Assembly (NCBI GenBank): GCA_963811105.1
Contig: CAWEPZ010000011.1
Span: 896,001 to 960,000 of the forward strand
DNA from: Candidatus Bathyarchaeota archaeon
Lineage (GTDB): Archaea > Thermoproteota > Bathyarchaeia > Bathyarchaeales > Bathycorpusculaceae
DNA length: 64,000 bases
Direction: 5' to 3'
The notes under the pieces are model-generated. The model had not been told where the DNA came from. It saw only the letters and a list, made by a program, of their open reading frames with translations, and searched no databases. The position numbers and the translations under genes are program-made. Each line of letters opens with the position of its first letter. Position 1 is the stretch's first letter. Below are positions 9,829-21,613 of this stretch, in pieces.

Positions 9829-10935
9829 TTGAGTATGTCGGTTTTTGTGTTTGATCAAGATACGATAGATATGATTCGCTACATCCTTGCACTTCAACGT
9901 TTTAAGGAGTATTCAGTTGGACCTCAAAGTCTAGACGAGTATCTTTGTGCAGTATCTTTCAACAGAGTGCTAATCCAGACCGGGCTAAAATTTCCGAAGT
10001 TTCAGAAAGAAAACCCGGTGGAAATGCGAGTGTATGAGGTCATCCGTTTCTTAGAGCAGAAAAGCCACATAAGCCCTACAACGGCCAAGAAACTGAGAGA
10101 ATTCGTGGACTTTCATGACGCCTTAATGCAATCCAGTTCTCAATCCGCTCCAAAAAAGGCTAATCCTGAAGCTCAAGAAATCTTGCGGTTTCTTTGCACC
10201 GAAGCGGGGTTGAACCAAGATGAAGAACTCAAAAATAGGACATTTGAGGACATAGCAACTCTCGGAACAAGGCGATCTCCTGCAAATGAGAAATACGAGA
10301 AGCTTGTTGAATCGGATTTTGACAATTTCGATAAACTTTATGAGAAGTGTCCGGCCTTACAGTTGGAAATCCAAAAAAGATTAACAACCTCGTTACGGGG
10401 TGCTCAAATATCAGGCTTTACTCCCAATACTGGCGGTGTATGGCTGCCTTTTGTGACACTTAGAACACCTGATAATAGAGCACATGTTGAGAGGGCAAGT
10501 GTTGGAGTAACCTTTACTCCTATCGATATTAGGATAGGATTGAATTTCGGAAGTCAAGCTCACAAATATAGGATAAGATATTACGAAATGCTTCTGAATG
10601 GAGAATTAATGAACGAGTTTGAATCTCTCAACCGCAAAGACACGGGATATTGCCTCTGTGACACTTTTTGGCACTATCACATAAGAAATCTTCAATCTCT
10701 TCAATGGTGTCTTACTCTATACAGCAGCACCAAGACAACTATCGAAAGAGCTATTGAAGAGACCAGACAGCTCGAAGGAACGCCCTTGACAGCAAACAAG
10801 TACTTAATTACCAAAGTGATTAAGAGAAGACCAGAAGACTTTGCTTACCTTATTGATGGGATTGTTGATGAGATTTCGAAGACGCTAAATGAACTTTACC
10901 CAACAATAGAACGAATTGATAAAGCTGAAGCCTGA
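9829..10935 (+). CDS. Hypothetical protein (368 aa)
   Basis: Long ORF with a GGAGG RBS before TTG; no confident motif. Confidence 0.75.
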   Translation: MSMSVFVFDQDTIDMIRYILALQRFKEYSVGPQSLDEYLCAVSFNRVLIQTGLKFPKFQKENPVEMRVYEVIRFLEQKSHISPTTAKKLREFVDFHDALMQSSSQSAPKKANPEAQEILRFLCTEAGLNQDEELKNRTFEDIATLGTRRSPANEKYEKLVESDFDNFDKLYEKCPALQLEIQKRLTTSLRGAQISGFTPNTGGVWLPFVTLRTPDNRAHVERASVGVTFTPIDIRIGLNFGSQAHKYRIRYYEMLLNGELMNEFESLNRKDTGYCLCDTFWHYHIRNLQSLQWCLTLYSSTKTTIERAIEETRQLEGTPLTANKYLITKVIKRRPEDFAYLIDGIVDEISKTLNELYPTIERIDKAEA

Positions 10936-11138
10936 ACTCTTGGACGCGGATTTCAACTTACTACAACTTCTCCTTAATCCTCCAGGAAAATTAACCAATT
11001 AAGTAATGTTTTTCTAAATATTGTTTTGCGGATGAAAACGCCAGCAATCGGTGGATTCAAATAGGTAGAAACCGCGTGTGACAATTTGGCATAATTCATA
11101 AAAATCAGAAACACAGGCAGCGAGCTATTCTGAGTTAA

Positions 11139-11666
11139 TCACGGCATGTTTTGAAGAACCCAAATCAGAGTGTCTCTTTCAATTCTTCGTTTCTCGTTTG
11201 TGCGGTCGTTTGGAGATTGCGCAATTAGAGTATTTAATTGATCAAGTTTTTCATCGATTTTGCTTCTTAATTCTTCAAGCTTGACATTATTGTTAACTTC
11301 ACTTTCTGACTTTTCGGAGTGATCAAAGTCGTTGTTTTCTGTTTTCTTTTCTATGTTCTCCGCAGGTTTTTCTTGCCTTCTATTTGGCGTTTCGGGTATT
11401 AAGCTGCCAAGTTTACTTGTTAATGTGTTTGATCTGGAAGTGGTTATTCCCCTTTCAGTTAAATTGAATTTTTTCATAAACCTTCTAATTATACCCGAAA
11501 TTCTATCTGCCCCTTCTTTGTCGTCAACTTTTATGAAGATTTTATTATGTGGGTACCCGAGTTGATAGCCTGCATTATAGCCTCTTTCCTCAAGAATTCT
11601 AACGATAAGTCGAGCAAGATACTCATCGTTTGGTTCAAAAACTTCATAGTCCTTCAGCATATTCAT
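11139..11666 (-). CDS. Hypothetical protein
   Basis: 175-aa ORF with globular N-terminus, charged linker and coiled-coil C-terminus. Confidence 0.7.
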   Translation of the reverse strand: MNMLKDYEVFEPNDEYLARLIVRILEERGYNAGYQLGYPHNKIFIKVDDKEGADRISGIIRRFMKKFNLTERGITTSRSNTLTSKLGSLIPETPNRRQEKPAENIEKKTENNDFDHSEKSESEVNNNVKLEELRSKIDEKLDQLNTLIAQSPNDRTNEKRRIERDTLIWVLQNMP

Positions 11667-11826
11667 TCACAACACGCTTGTTTATTTCTACGTTATGCAG
11701 ATTTAAGACTTGTTAAAAACCCAAAACTCCCGCTAATCTTCCACTTGAAATACTTGATATTTGGCAAATCTTATAAACAAAAGACTGAATAATACAAGCA
11801 CTTTCAAAAAAAAGGAGAATAAAAAA

Positions 11827-14469
11827 ATGCAAATATCAAGGATCAAAGAAAAAACTCTTGTTATCGCTATTGTAGTTCTTTTGATGACTTCTTCTGCACT
11901 ATTAACAATGCCAACCCAAGCCCTTTCAAGCATACATGGCGGAGCATCTGACAGTGAACCAAACGGGTCAATCCCTCTGCCAGCTGGAGTCACTGCCGAC
12001 ACCATAGTCAAGTCAGACATCTATCTCAGCTTCCGACCAAACCCAGTGGGAATCGGTCAACCCATCCTAGTCAACGTATGGCTAGACCCCGGCCCATCCT
12101 ACGTTCGCCACTTCACGGGTTACAAAATAACATTCACGAAGCCAGATGGAACAACCGACGTAGTAACAGTAAACTCTTATCCAGCTGACGGCACCGCATG
12201 GTTCGAGTACACCCCAGATCAAGTAGGCAACTGGAAAGCAAAATTCGAGTTTCCAGGCGGCTACTTCCCTAAAGGTAACTACACAGTACCAATCGGCTCA
12301 GGCACAGCTTACGACGGCTATACCGAAAGCTACAACCAATCAGTATACTACCTCCCTGACGCAACCGGAGACCAAAGTTTGACTGTTCAACAAAACATGG
12401 TTGCATCTTGGCCCGTAATTCCTTCACCGACCGATTACTGGAAGCGCCCAGTTGAACCAGAGAACAGAGAATGGATGTCAACTATCGGCGACTATCCATG
12501 GTATGGACCAGGAGGAGGACCTGACTGGCCAGCAGGAACTAGCACGACATGGAACGCACGGCAAGCTTTCACACCTTATGTAACAGCACCCAACACAGCA
12601 CATATTGCTTGGAAACGACTCGACGCCATTTCCGCAGGCATAATTGGAGGTTCGAATGGGTTCACTACACTTAGTGGAAGCGGCACTGCACCCAGCATCA
12701 TTTACGCAGGGTATGCATACAGCAGCATCACGAAGCCTTTTGACGGAGTAACACAGAGCGTGTGGACATGCACAGATATTCGCACAGGACAAGTGATTTG
12801 GGAACGTACAGGCGTAACTGCGCCGAATGCCATTGAGTACTCTGCAAGCACCGACGTATCGGTACCAGGCGCTACAGAATCAGGCTCTGTTTCTGTCACC
12901 CTTATTGCGATAAGCGGTGGAAGATTAATGAAATATAGCCCCTCAACTGGAGCATTATCACTAAACGTTTCAACCTCCCCATTGTCATCATCTACCTATT
13001 ACATGAATGGATACGCTCTAGGAGTTCAAGATCTAGGAACCAGCCTTCCACTAAACCAACGCTACCGTCTAATCAACTGGACTACACTTGGAACCAGCGC
13101 CACTTTTGCCTCCAGGATAGTTAGCAACATAAGCTTTGCTTTGGACAACATTGGGCAATCCCAAGACTTCGATACCAACGTAGCATTCCTGATTAGAGAA
13201 ATTGACGCATTTGCATCTAATGGCCTTTCTGCAGTAGGAGGATTCCCATTCGTAAACATTGATGAAAGTCAAGGAACAGGCATTAGACTAGGATACCGAT
13301 TGATCGGCGTCAGCTTAACAACTGGTAAAGTACTATACAACCTAACCTATGCAGATGAACCATACAGCGCAGATCAACTACCATATAGCCAGTCATGTCA
13401 CGTCGGGAACAATGGAAAACTAGCCATACTTATGAGAAAAGGCTACTATAATATTCACAATGACTTAACTGGAGCATTATTGTACAAAACCGATGTAGGA
13501 AACTATCCTTGGGATGAACCAGGCTTTAGCGCTTACACTCAAGCATCAGCCTACGGACTAATATACAGACTAGGCTACGGCGGAGTCTATGCATATGACT
13601 GGCAAACAGGCAAAGAAGTCTGGAAATACTCAGCCATTGCTTTTAGCCCCTATGAAACGCCCTATACAAATGAGAACGGAACAACAGTTTACTCTTTCAA
13701 CGGCGCCAACTTAGTTGCTGATGGAAAAATCTACGTGCAGAACACTGAACATACTCCTACCCAGCCCATAACCAGAGGCTGGGGCATCCACTGTCTCAAC
13801 GCTACCACTGGAGTGCTTCTGTGGAAAATCATGGGCAGCATGAGACCTGCTGCTGTTGCAGACGGCTACCTTGCAGCCAGCGACTCCTACGATGGTTACC
13901 TATACGTTTTCGGCAAAGGCATAAGCAAAACTACAATCGAAGCGCCTATGACTTCAATTACTAAAGGCACAGGAATTATGATTAAGGGCACTGTACTTGA
14001 CATGTCGCCAGCACAACCTGACACTCCGTGCGTATCAAAGGATTCAATGACAACACAGATGCAGTATTTGCACAAGCAACAACCAATCGATGGACTTTGG
14101 CATAATGAAACGATAAATGGCGTTCCAGTTTCAATTGATGCAGTAGATCCCAACGGCAACTATATACACATTGCCGATGTCGTCTCTGATGGCTATACCG
14201 GTAGTTTTGGCTACACTTGGCTGCCAGAAAATGCTGGTCAATACACTGTTACAGCGACATTCAAAGGCGATGACTCTTACGGCAGTTCGTTTGCAACCAC
14301 TTATGCCAGCATGAACGAACCGACAGCAGCATCACCGACGCCAACAACAACTTCATTATCAAATATTGCAACAACAACTGACTTGATGACCTACATAACC
14401 GTTGCAGCAATCGCCATAATCATTGCAATCGCCATAGTCGGGGTATTACTCCTCAGAAAACGAGCATAA
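11827..14469 (+). CDS. Secreted, membrane-anchored PQQ-like beta-propeller protein (paralog 2)
   Basis: GGAG RBS with ATG 11827, signal peptide, the same conserved blocks as paralog 1 and a TM ending LRKRA. Confidence 0.88.
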   Translation: MQISRIKEKTLVIAIVVLLMTSSALLTMPTQALSSIHGGASDSEPNGSIPLPAGVTADTIVKSDIYLSFRPNPVGIGQPILVNVWLDPGPSYVRHFTGYKITFTKPDGTTDVVTVNSYPADGTAWFEYTPDQVGNWKAKFEFPGGYFPKGNYTVPIGSGTAYDGYTESYNQSVYYLPDATGDQSLTVQQNMVASWPVIPSPTDYWKRPVEPENREWMSTIGDYPWYGPGGGPDWPAGTSTTWNARQAFTPYVTAPNTAHIAWKRLDAISAGIIGGSNGFTTLSGSGTAPSIIYAGYAYSSITKPFDGVTQSVWTCTDIRTGQVIWERTGVTAPNAIEYSASTDVSVPGATESGSVSVTLIAISGGRLMKYSPSTGALSLNVSTSPLSSSTYYMNGYALGVQDLGTSLPLNQRYRLINWTTLGTSATFASRIVSNISFALDNIGQSQDFDTNVAFLIREIDAFASNGLSAVGGFPFVNIDESQGTGIRLGYRLIGVSLTTGKVLYNLTYADEPYSADQLPYSQSCHVGNNGKLAILMRKGYYNIHNDLTGALLYKTDVGNYPWDEPGFSAYTQASAYGLIYRLGYGGVYAYDWQTGKEVWKYSAIAFSPYETPYTNENGTTVYSFNGANLVADGKIYVQNTEHTPTQPITRGWGIHCLNATTGVLLWKIMGSMRPAAVADGYLAASDSYDGYLYVFGKGISKTTIEAPMTSITKGTGIMIKGTVLDMSPAQPDTPCVSKDSMTTQMQYLHKQQPIDGLWHNETINGVPVSIDAVDPNGNYIHIADVVSDGYTGSFGYTWLPENAGQYTVTATFKGDDSYGSSFATTYASMNEPTAASPTPTTTSLSNIATTTDLMTYITVAAIAIIIAIAIVGVLLLRKRA

Positions 14470-14571
14470 ACTCGAAAAAAAACAGCCACTATTTCCCTTT
14501 TTCTTTATTTTTAGTCAAACAATTACTAAACAAGAGGCTGAGCAGGCTCTATTAGCCAATAAATAAAGAAA
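14455..14571 (+). repeat. 3' flank shared with 5082-5196
   Basis: Direct visual alignment, including TTCCCTTTTTCTTTA and GCTGAGCAGGCTCTATTAGC. Confidence 0.75.
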
Positions 14572-14690
14572 TAATCGCGAGATTCCCCGTTTCTCCTTCG
14601 TGACTTTCAGAGTCTCAGCAAACCCAAACACCAGACCAAATCTTAGAGACATTCTATTTCCCAAAGAAGCATGTTTTTTGGTTTGCGTTT

Positions 14691-15891
14691 TTATGATTTA
14701 TGAAGCCTGAGTTGTCCTTTTCTTTTTATGTTGATTATACTCAAGGAAAGTAACCCAATAACAAGTATTAAAGTCAGCAAAGAGGGAAACTCTGGTACTG
14801 TTGGAGTAGGTGAAAGGGTAGCATTTGGGCTATTACTTGGTTTAGCTGTTGGGTTTTGAGTTGAGGTTGTAGTTGGATGTGATGGTGGGACTGGTGTGGT
14901 AGTTGGTGTAGGGTTAGGATTGTTTGTTGGTGTTGGGTTGGGCGAAGATGTAGGGGTTGTAGTTGGATTAGATGTAGGAGTTGGGTTTGGACTAGGAGAG
15001 GAAGTTGGGCTTGGAGAAGGGGTAGGTGTTGGTATTTGGGTTGCAGAGTTTAGGGAAAAGACTATTGTCCCGTAATTAGTAAGTGCCATATGTGATTATG
15101 CTGTTACTTGTTAGTATGTCAAGTGTTTGTTGAGTGGGATGCCCATAGGGATTATTAATTCCAGCACTGATAACGGCGTAAGTGGGGGTAACAGCACTTA
15201 GAAAAGGTTGAGATGTGCTTGTGCTGCTGCCATGATGACCTACTTTTAACACTTGGCTATGAAGATTAAAGCCAGAGGAAATGAGGCTTTGTTCGGTATC
15301 AAATTGTGCATCTCCTGTCAAAAGGACACTTGTGTTGCCAACTTGAAGTTTCATAACAATGCTCTCAGCGTTTATGTCACTAAATTGAAGTGGATTGGTT
15401 GGACTTAAAACTGTGAAGTTTATTGTTGGTGACATTGCATAGACTTGATTTCTGCTGGCTTGAGTTAAGTTATGTCCCAAGGCCAATGTTTTCCAAGTGT
15501 TGAAGGTTTGGGTAGTAGTGTAGTTATACCCATTATAAATAATATCTTGAATTGGTATTGTTGACTGCAAAACAGCTACTAAGCCACCTATATGGTCTGC
15601 ATGGGGGTGAGTAGCAACCATCAAATCAATCTTTGTTACATGATAAGCATTCAAGTCATTAAGTACTGTAGTACCTGCACCGGTTGGTCCTCCATCAATC
15701 AATATGTTCTTAGAGGGAGTCTTGACCAGAATTGAATCGCCTTGACCAACATCCAAAAAGTAAATGGTTACATTGTCTGGGCAAGAGGTTGTTAATACTG
15801 TAGGTGCAATTGCAGACGCGGATTGGGTATATGTCTGGTAAAAGACAGAAAGAAGAAGGACAGTTAGGATGATTATGGATAATTTTTTCAA
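14691..15891 (-). CDS. Secreted ComEC/Rec2-type metallo-beta-lactamase-fold nuclease with Pro/Thr linker and PEF-CTERM-like anchor; frameshift near 15085
   Basis: FLDVGQGDS, THPHADHIGG, LLTGDA, LKVGHHGS and NPYGHP. The second ORF supplies the (PT)n linker, VPEFP, a TM segment and KRK. Confidence 0.85.
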
Positions 15892-16446
15892 TGCTGTATG
15901 CCCAAATTGAGTTCCATCTTAGTACTTAAAAGTTTAAACCATTATAGATGTTGTGAAGCACAAATAAGCAGGGCAAATTAGTAGTGGAATTGGATGAAAA
16001 TGAAAGATAAATGCTTGTTGAGGGTTCTTCACATCTGAGTAATAAGCCATATTACCCAAACTGAAACATCAAAAACCAGATTAATTTTGCAAGATAATGA
16101 CGGGAGTTACCAGCTAAAACAGTATCAAACTTGACAAGTCTTAGTTACATTTACCACTGAAGAGATTAGGGTAATCGGTCAATCGTACCTGATTTCATAT
16201 ATGTTGGAACCTATGTGGCTCTAAGTGAGAAGTTTGTTTCAGTTTGCTTTTTTGAATCAGAGTTTGCTGCGTTCGCAGGTTAATACATTTTTGACATAAT
16301 TTGACGTTGTCCGACAAAATCGGGTAATTCTAAAGTCAAAGCCCCAAAAAGAAGCAATAAAGAAGGGGTCAGGCAAGTTACTGAAGCCCCATTGGTTGAA
16401 TGGAAAATAATGAAAAAAGAACAGGAGATAGCTTTCTTGAAGTTCT

Positions 16447-17697
16447 TCAAAGCAGGGAGTTATAGATTTTTAGAGTCTCGTCTGCAGCTTTGTGCCATGT
16501 GAAGTATTCTATTACTCTTTTGCGTCCGTTCTCACCCCAGTTTCTGGCTTTTTCGGGGTTTCGTAGAGTCTCTTTTATTCCCCAAGCTATGTCGAGAGGG
16601 TCTTCGCCGTTTATGTGCACGCCGTTCTGGTCGGGGCCTGAGTTTAGTACTTGTTCTCTAAAACCTACTACACCGTGTGCGCCTACGACGACTGGTTTTT
16701 CCATTGCCATAGCCTCTAAGGAAACAATTCCAAACGGTTCGTAAACTGATGGGAATACGCATACGTCGGAAGCGGCGTAATGCAAGATTCTTTCGGGTTC
16801 AGAAACAAAATCAAAGCGGCACACTACGTTATTTGTAATGTTTAACCTGTACGCTGCTTCAGTTATTATTTGTTCGTCCCCTTTGCCTAGAATTACTAGT
16901 TTGGTGTTAGGATATTCCTTTAAGACAGAGGGCATTGCTAGCACAAGGTTTCTGGCGCCTTTTACCCAAGATAGCCTTCCTACGAACAGAAGCATGTTCC
17001 AATTTTTTGGGACCCCATACTTTTCGCGAATTGCTGCTATATCATCGGGGTTGCATTTTGCCATGTTGTAACGGTCAGGGTCAACTCCGTTCCAAACTAC
17101 GCTTACTTTTGATGATGGCCAACCATGCTTTACTAGGTCCTGTTGCATGGCGTAGCTGACGGTGATTATCCTGTCTGAGTTGTGAGCCATCGCATCTTCA
17201 AAATGCGACACTACTTCCGATCCCTGACCCTCGCTTCTTCCCCACTCTGTACTGTGTGTATGAAACACCACTGGAATTTTTGTTTCATTCTTTATCACCA
17301 GACCGGAAATACTGCTTAGCCAATCGTGTACGCATACAACGTCAAAATGATACTGCTCCTTTTTTATCAAGCCATTGATGAATTTAGTTGCGCTGAGAAT
17401 ATTGTAAATAAAAATGTCATTGAAGAATTTTATGTTAGTTCCCCATTTCTTTAGATCGTCAACCACGAAAAATGGAAAAATATTGCTCGCATCGGCAATT
17501 AAGGGTCGATGAACCTCCACGCCTCTTACAATTTCTCTGGTTTTCAAATTTCCCCCAAAATTTAGCGTGAAGACTGAAACGTCATGTCCCATGTCAACAT
17601 ATTCCTGCGTAACATTTTCAGCATACGTCCCTAAACCACCAACAATCGCCGGAGGATATTCATAAACAAAAAAGCCGATTCGCATAATGTTCACCAA
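16447..17697 (-). CDS. Glycosyltransferase family 4 (glycogen synthase-like)
   Basis: YEYPP..VGGLG, HDW, FVGRL..KG and PSVYEPFGIVSLEAMA; adjacent to a branching enzyme. Confidence 0.9.
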   Translation of the reverse strand: MVNIMRIGFFVYEYPPAIVGGLGTYAENVTQEYVDMGHDVSVFTLNFGGNLKTREIVRGVEVHRPLIADASNIFPFFVVDDLKKWGTNIKFFNDIFIYNILSATKFINGLIKKEQYHFDVVCVHDWLSSISGLVIKNETKIPVVFHTHSTEWGRSEGQGSEVVSHFEDAMAHNSDRIITVSYAMQQDLVKHGWPSSKVSVVWNGVDPDRYNMAKCNPDDIAAIREKYGVPKNWNMLLFVGRLSWVKGARNLVLAMPSVLKEYPNTKLVILGKGDEQIITEAAYRLNITNNVVCRFDFVSEPERILHYAASDVCVFPSVYEPFGIVSLEAMAMEKPVVVGAHGVVGFREQVLNSGPDQNGVHINGEDPLDIAWGIKETLRNPEKARNWGENGRKRVIEYFTWHKAADETLKIYNSLL

Positions 17698-17865
17698 GTT
17701 AGAGTTCCAAACTATTTTCGAATTCTATTTTATATGGAAACTAATACTTAAGTTAACCAGAGAAATTAGAAGCCCATGCCCCATGTTCAACACTGCATGA
17801 AATACTTCGCAAGATTGGCAACTACTTTCTTTTTCTCTGTTTGTGGAATGTTATGGTTGTTGGTC

Positions 17866-19890
17866 TTATGTGGTCGGGCAGAGGACAAAAGCGGAGCGAG
17901 CTGGCAGATAGAGGCTGAGCACATTTTGATTTCTTCCTTCATTATTGTTTACAATTGTGAAGTGGGCTTGCAGTGGATCCAATCGACCGTGCCCCCCGTA
18001 CTTTGGAGCATCACAGTCTAGATATCATCCGGTATTTTCCAGGAGGAGCTTCAAATCGATAATCAGTAAAGGATTGATGGGGATTAAAATTGAAGACAAA
18101 AATCAGATCAGCCCTCTTGAATGCTATTACTTTTTTTGTGGAATCCTCATGCAGTAGTTGCGGGACGGATGTTTCAAGTAGGTCGGTGTGTCTTGGCTAG
18201 TGCAATCATGTCGCGATCGAATCTGGCTAGTAAATGATATTTTAGGTGTGTGTCGTCTGCGAGATGCCATTGTCGACGTGCATGCTTGAAGGACCAGTTG
18301 TTTCCTTCGCGGGGAAAATCTATCCAGTCGGGGTGGCCGAATTCGTTGCCCATGAAGTTTAGATAACCGTTGCTGGCTGTGCTTAAGGTTATCAGGCGGA
18401 TCATCTTGTGCAACGCTATTCCCCGGGCGACCTTTGCATTGTCATCATCGATCCCCATATGGTGGTACATGTCTTCGCCGATCAGTCGGAAAATAAGTGT
18501 TTGGTCTCCTACCAATGCTTGGTCGTGAGATTCGGCGTAACTAATGGTTTTCTCATTTGTCCTGCTGTTGGTAAGTTCGAACCAAAGATGACCGGTGGGC
18601 CAGTCTTCATCTGGGTAATCTTTTATTAGACGGATCCAGTAATCGGGCACTCCCATTGCGAAGCGATAGTCAAAACCGAACCCGCCTTCTGATTGGGAAA
18701 CGGCTAAGCCGGGCATGCCGCTGACATCTTCCGCTATGGTAATGGCGTCGGGACGGATATCATGAATCACTTTGTTGGCTAAAGCCAGATAGGTGAGGGC
18801 ATCTTCATCCACGCTGCTATCAAAGTAATCGTTGTATGAAGTGAATACTCTCTTCAGACCGTGTTCAAGGTAAAGCATGCTGGTGACGCCGTCGAACCGA
18901 AAGCCGTCAAAGTGGAATTCGTCTAGCCAGTAGCGGCAATTGGATAGTAAGAAATGCAGAACTTGAGGTTTGCCGTAATCAAAGACACGTGAATCCCATG
19001 CCTTGTGTGTTCCGCGTGGACCGCTATGAAAATACTGAAATAGTGTTCCGTCGAAGCGACTTAATCCTTCCACCTCGTTGGACACGGCGTGGGAGTGGAT
19101 TAAATCCATGCAAACGGTGAGCCCCTTGGCGTGAGCGGTGTCGATTAGGAATTTCAAATCCTCAGGCGTTCCGTACCGTGATGAAGCGGCGAAAAAGCTT
19201 GATACTTGATATCCAAATGATCCGTAGTAAGGATGTTCTTGAATAGCCATCAGCTGTAACGTGTTGTAGCCCGCATGTACGATTCGAGGAATCACCCCCA
19301 GAGTAAATTCTCGGAAGGTCCCGATTTTTTCTTCTTCCTGAGCCATACCGATATGCGCTTCGTAAATAATAGGGGGCTCTTCAGGTCGCTTGAAATCTGG
19401 TTCTTTCCAACAGATATGTTTCTGGCGGTGACCATACTTGGGCGTTGAAAATCAATGTTTTTGGATCTTGCACAACCCGTCGAGCGTAGGCTGGAATGCG
19501 ATCGCCTTCGCCCCCTTCCCACTGAACATAGAGCCGATACAAGTCCCCATGAACCATTTTGTCGGCGGTCAGGTGAATTTCCCAGACGCCGAAATCGTTG
19601 ATCTTTTCTAGCTCAAATTCTGGGCGCACTTGCCATTTACTCATATCTCCTATTAGGTAAATTGCCGTTGCGTTTGGCGCCCATTCACGAAATACCCAGA
19701 CGCCTCGTTGGAAATGCAGACCGAAATATTCGTGGCCGGATGCAAACTCTGCAAGGCTTTCCTTATTCTGTGTTAGGCGGTGTTCTGTTTCTTCGATATG
19801 TTCCAATCGATATCGAATCTGATCAGAAAACGGACCGAGGTACGAATCACTTCTCAGCAGGCGGGTTAATTTGTTTTCAAGACCACTCAT
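17866..19890 (-). CDS. glgB: 1,4-alpha-glucan branching enzyme (GH13), several frameshifts
   Basis: FREWAPNA, QEHPYYGSFGYQV, FDGFRFDGVTSMLY, IAEDVSGMP, YAESHDQALVGD and FMGNEFGHPDWIDFPR. The C-terminus IAFKRADLIFVFNFNP...SLYLPARSAFVL* is read in shifted frames down to 17866. Confidence 0.9.
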
Positions 19891-20447
19891 CAAAATACAA
19901 CATTATAATTTAACACATAAGTAATTTAATTCTTTTCCAGAATAACCAAGAGCCTAACAAGCTACGCGTTAGAAGTAATATTGAACCAGCACGAACAAAC
20001 CGACAATTAAAAGAGGTTAACATAATCAAGGCAAAATGTCCATTTCTGAATCAAGTTCCTTAGACTAAAGTTCTGTCAAATTGGTTCGATCTGCAGTTCT
20101 ACGAATTTGCTTTTGAACTGGCGGTTACATTTTGTTTATTTGAGGCGGAACCTTGAATCAAAAAACATCAGAAGCAGCCTAAGCCGAAAACACATAACCG
20201 TATCCATGCAATATGTAAAAAGATGCTGAATCCAGATTAGAAAAAATTGAATTCTTGCCAAACTTATTAAAAATTCAAAGATATCTTGGATTAATTTGTA
20301 GTTGCTATCTTGTAGTCACACAGGCTTAAGAGACCGAAATAACTCTGAGATATTTGTGAACATTTTGAAATTTCAAATTTTAAGTAAAGACATAAACTTT
20401 GTTGCTTCGCACCGAGGGAATCCTTATCCTTCAGCTGGTGTCAGGAT

Positions 20448-21302
20448 TTGGCTGGCGTAGAGGAAATTCAAGATCGGTTCAAGATGACCGACGGATTCGG
20501 CATTTTCTACAGACGTTGGAGACCTCAAGGTGAAATCAAAAGGGTTTTGCTTGGGCTCCACGGCGCAGGTGGCCATTCTGGAGGTTTTCTTTTCTTAGGC
20601 AACCGATTGGCAGAAGAGCAGGGTACAGATGTTTACGCAATTGACCGCAGAGGTTTCGGAAACTCGGTCGAAATGGGATTTGAGAGAGGAAACATATCGA
20701 ATTTCAAAAGGTATGTTAAAGACATCGATGATACATGCAATCTGCTAAGAACTAATAATCCTGGAAAGAAGTTTTTCATCTACGGACATAGCGAAGGAGC
20801 ACTCCACGCACTTCATTACGCAGCGATTAACCCAGGATCAGTAGACGGATTGATACTGGCGTCTCCTGGCATTAAGCCGAAAGCTAAGCCATCGCCAAGT
20901 CTGGTTTTACGTGTTCTCTTGCTCCGAGCTCTTTCTCCTAATACACTCATTGATTCGCTAAAATATTCGCCCAAAGACCAGAGGGAGAGCAAGGAGATTA
21001 AGGTGACTATGGAAGATCCCCTAGTGACTCTCAAGTTCAGCGCCAGATACCTCTATGGCGCGTCATTTTTTTCAGGTACTGCACTGTCTAATGCCAAGGC
21101 CGTTCAAGATCCAACTCTCATACTTCAGGGTGATTCAGACAATGCGGCGATGCCGGAGGGTGCCCAGATACTTATGGAAACCCTCGCGGCAAAAGACAAG
21201 ACCCTTACAATTGTCCCGGGAGCTGGCCACCTTTTAATGTATGAACCCTCGAAAAGGGATCAAGTAATCTCAGCAGTTAGAGACTGGCTGGAAGCTCATT
21301 AA
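20448..21302 (+). CDS. Alpha/beta hydrolase (lysophospholipase/monoglyceride lipase type)
   Basis: LHGAGGHS, DRRGFG, nucleophile elbow GHSEG, LQGDSD and GAGHLL. Confidence 0.9.
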   Translation: MAGVEEIQDRFKMTDGFGIFYRRWRPQGEIKRVLLGLHGAGGHSGGFLFLGNRLAEEQGTDVYAIDRRGFGNSVEMGFERGNISNFKRYVKDIDDTCNLLRTNNPGKKFFIYGHSEGALHALHYAAINPGSVDGLILASPGIKPKAKPSPSLVLRVLLLRALSPNTLIDSLKYSPKDQRESKEIKVTMEDPLVTLKFSARYLYGASFFSGTALSNAKAVQDPTLILQGDSDNAAMPEGAQILMETLAAKDKTLTIVPGAGHLLMYEPSKRDQVISAVRDWLEAH

Positions 21303-21463
21303 TTAAATTAAACAATGCCAAAAAGCTAAAAAGAACTCTAAGAAACGGTGTAATTGTCCAATATTCTTCCCTGTTTTCCTCCACGGATCAGAGCTTTCCA
21401 AGATCTGATTTTTCTTCATGTTTTTCGTGTCCGAATACGGGCAAATTCACAAAAATTTCTCTC

Positions 21464-21613
21464 CTACATTAGATCGTCAAATATGCTGTCGGATTCTTCT
21501 GTTAATTGGTCATCCCAGCATTCCCAGCACAAATCCTCAAAGTCTTCTCTATCATGCTTGCCGATTGCTTTTCCACAAACCTTGCATTTTCTGACATTTT
21601 GTTCTTCAGTCAC
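21464..21613 (-). CDS. 49-aa Zn-finger microprotein
   Basis: MTEEQNVRKCKVCGKAIGKHDREDFEDLCWECWDDQLTEESDSIFDDLM* with CxxC...CxxC and a GTG start. Not in the ORF track. Confidence 0.6.
   Translation of the reverse strand: MTEEQNVRKCKVCGKAIGKHDREDFEDLCWECWDDQLTEESDSIFDDLM

Noticed and set aside
14790-15045. GT-rich tandem-like repeats
   Set aside because: They simply encode the Pro/Thr linker of the ComEC-like protein.
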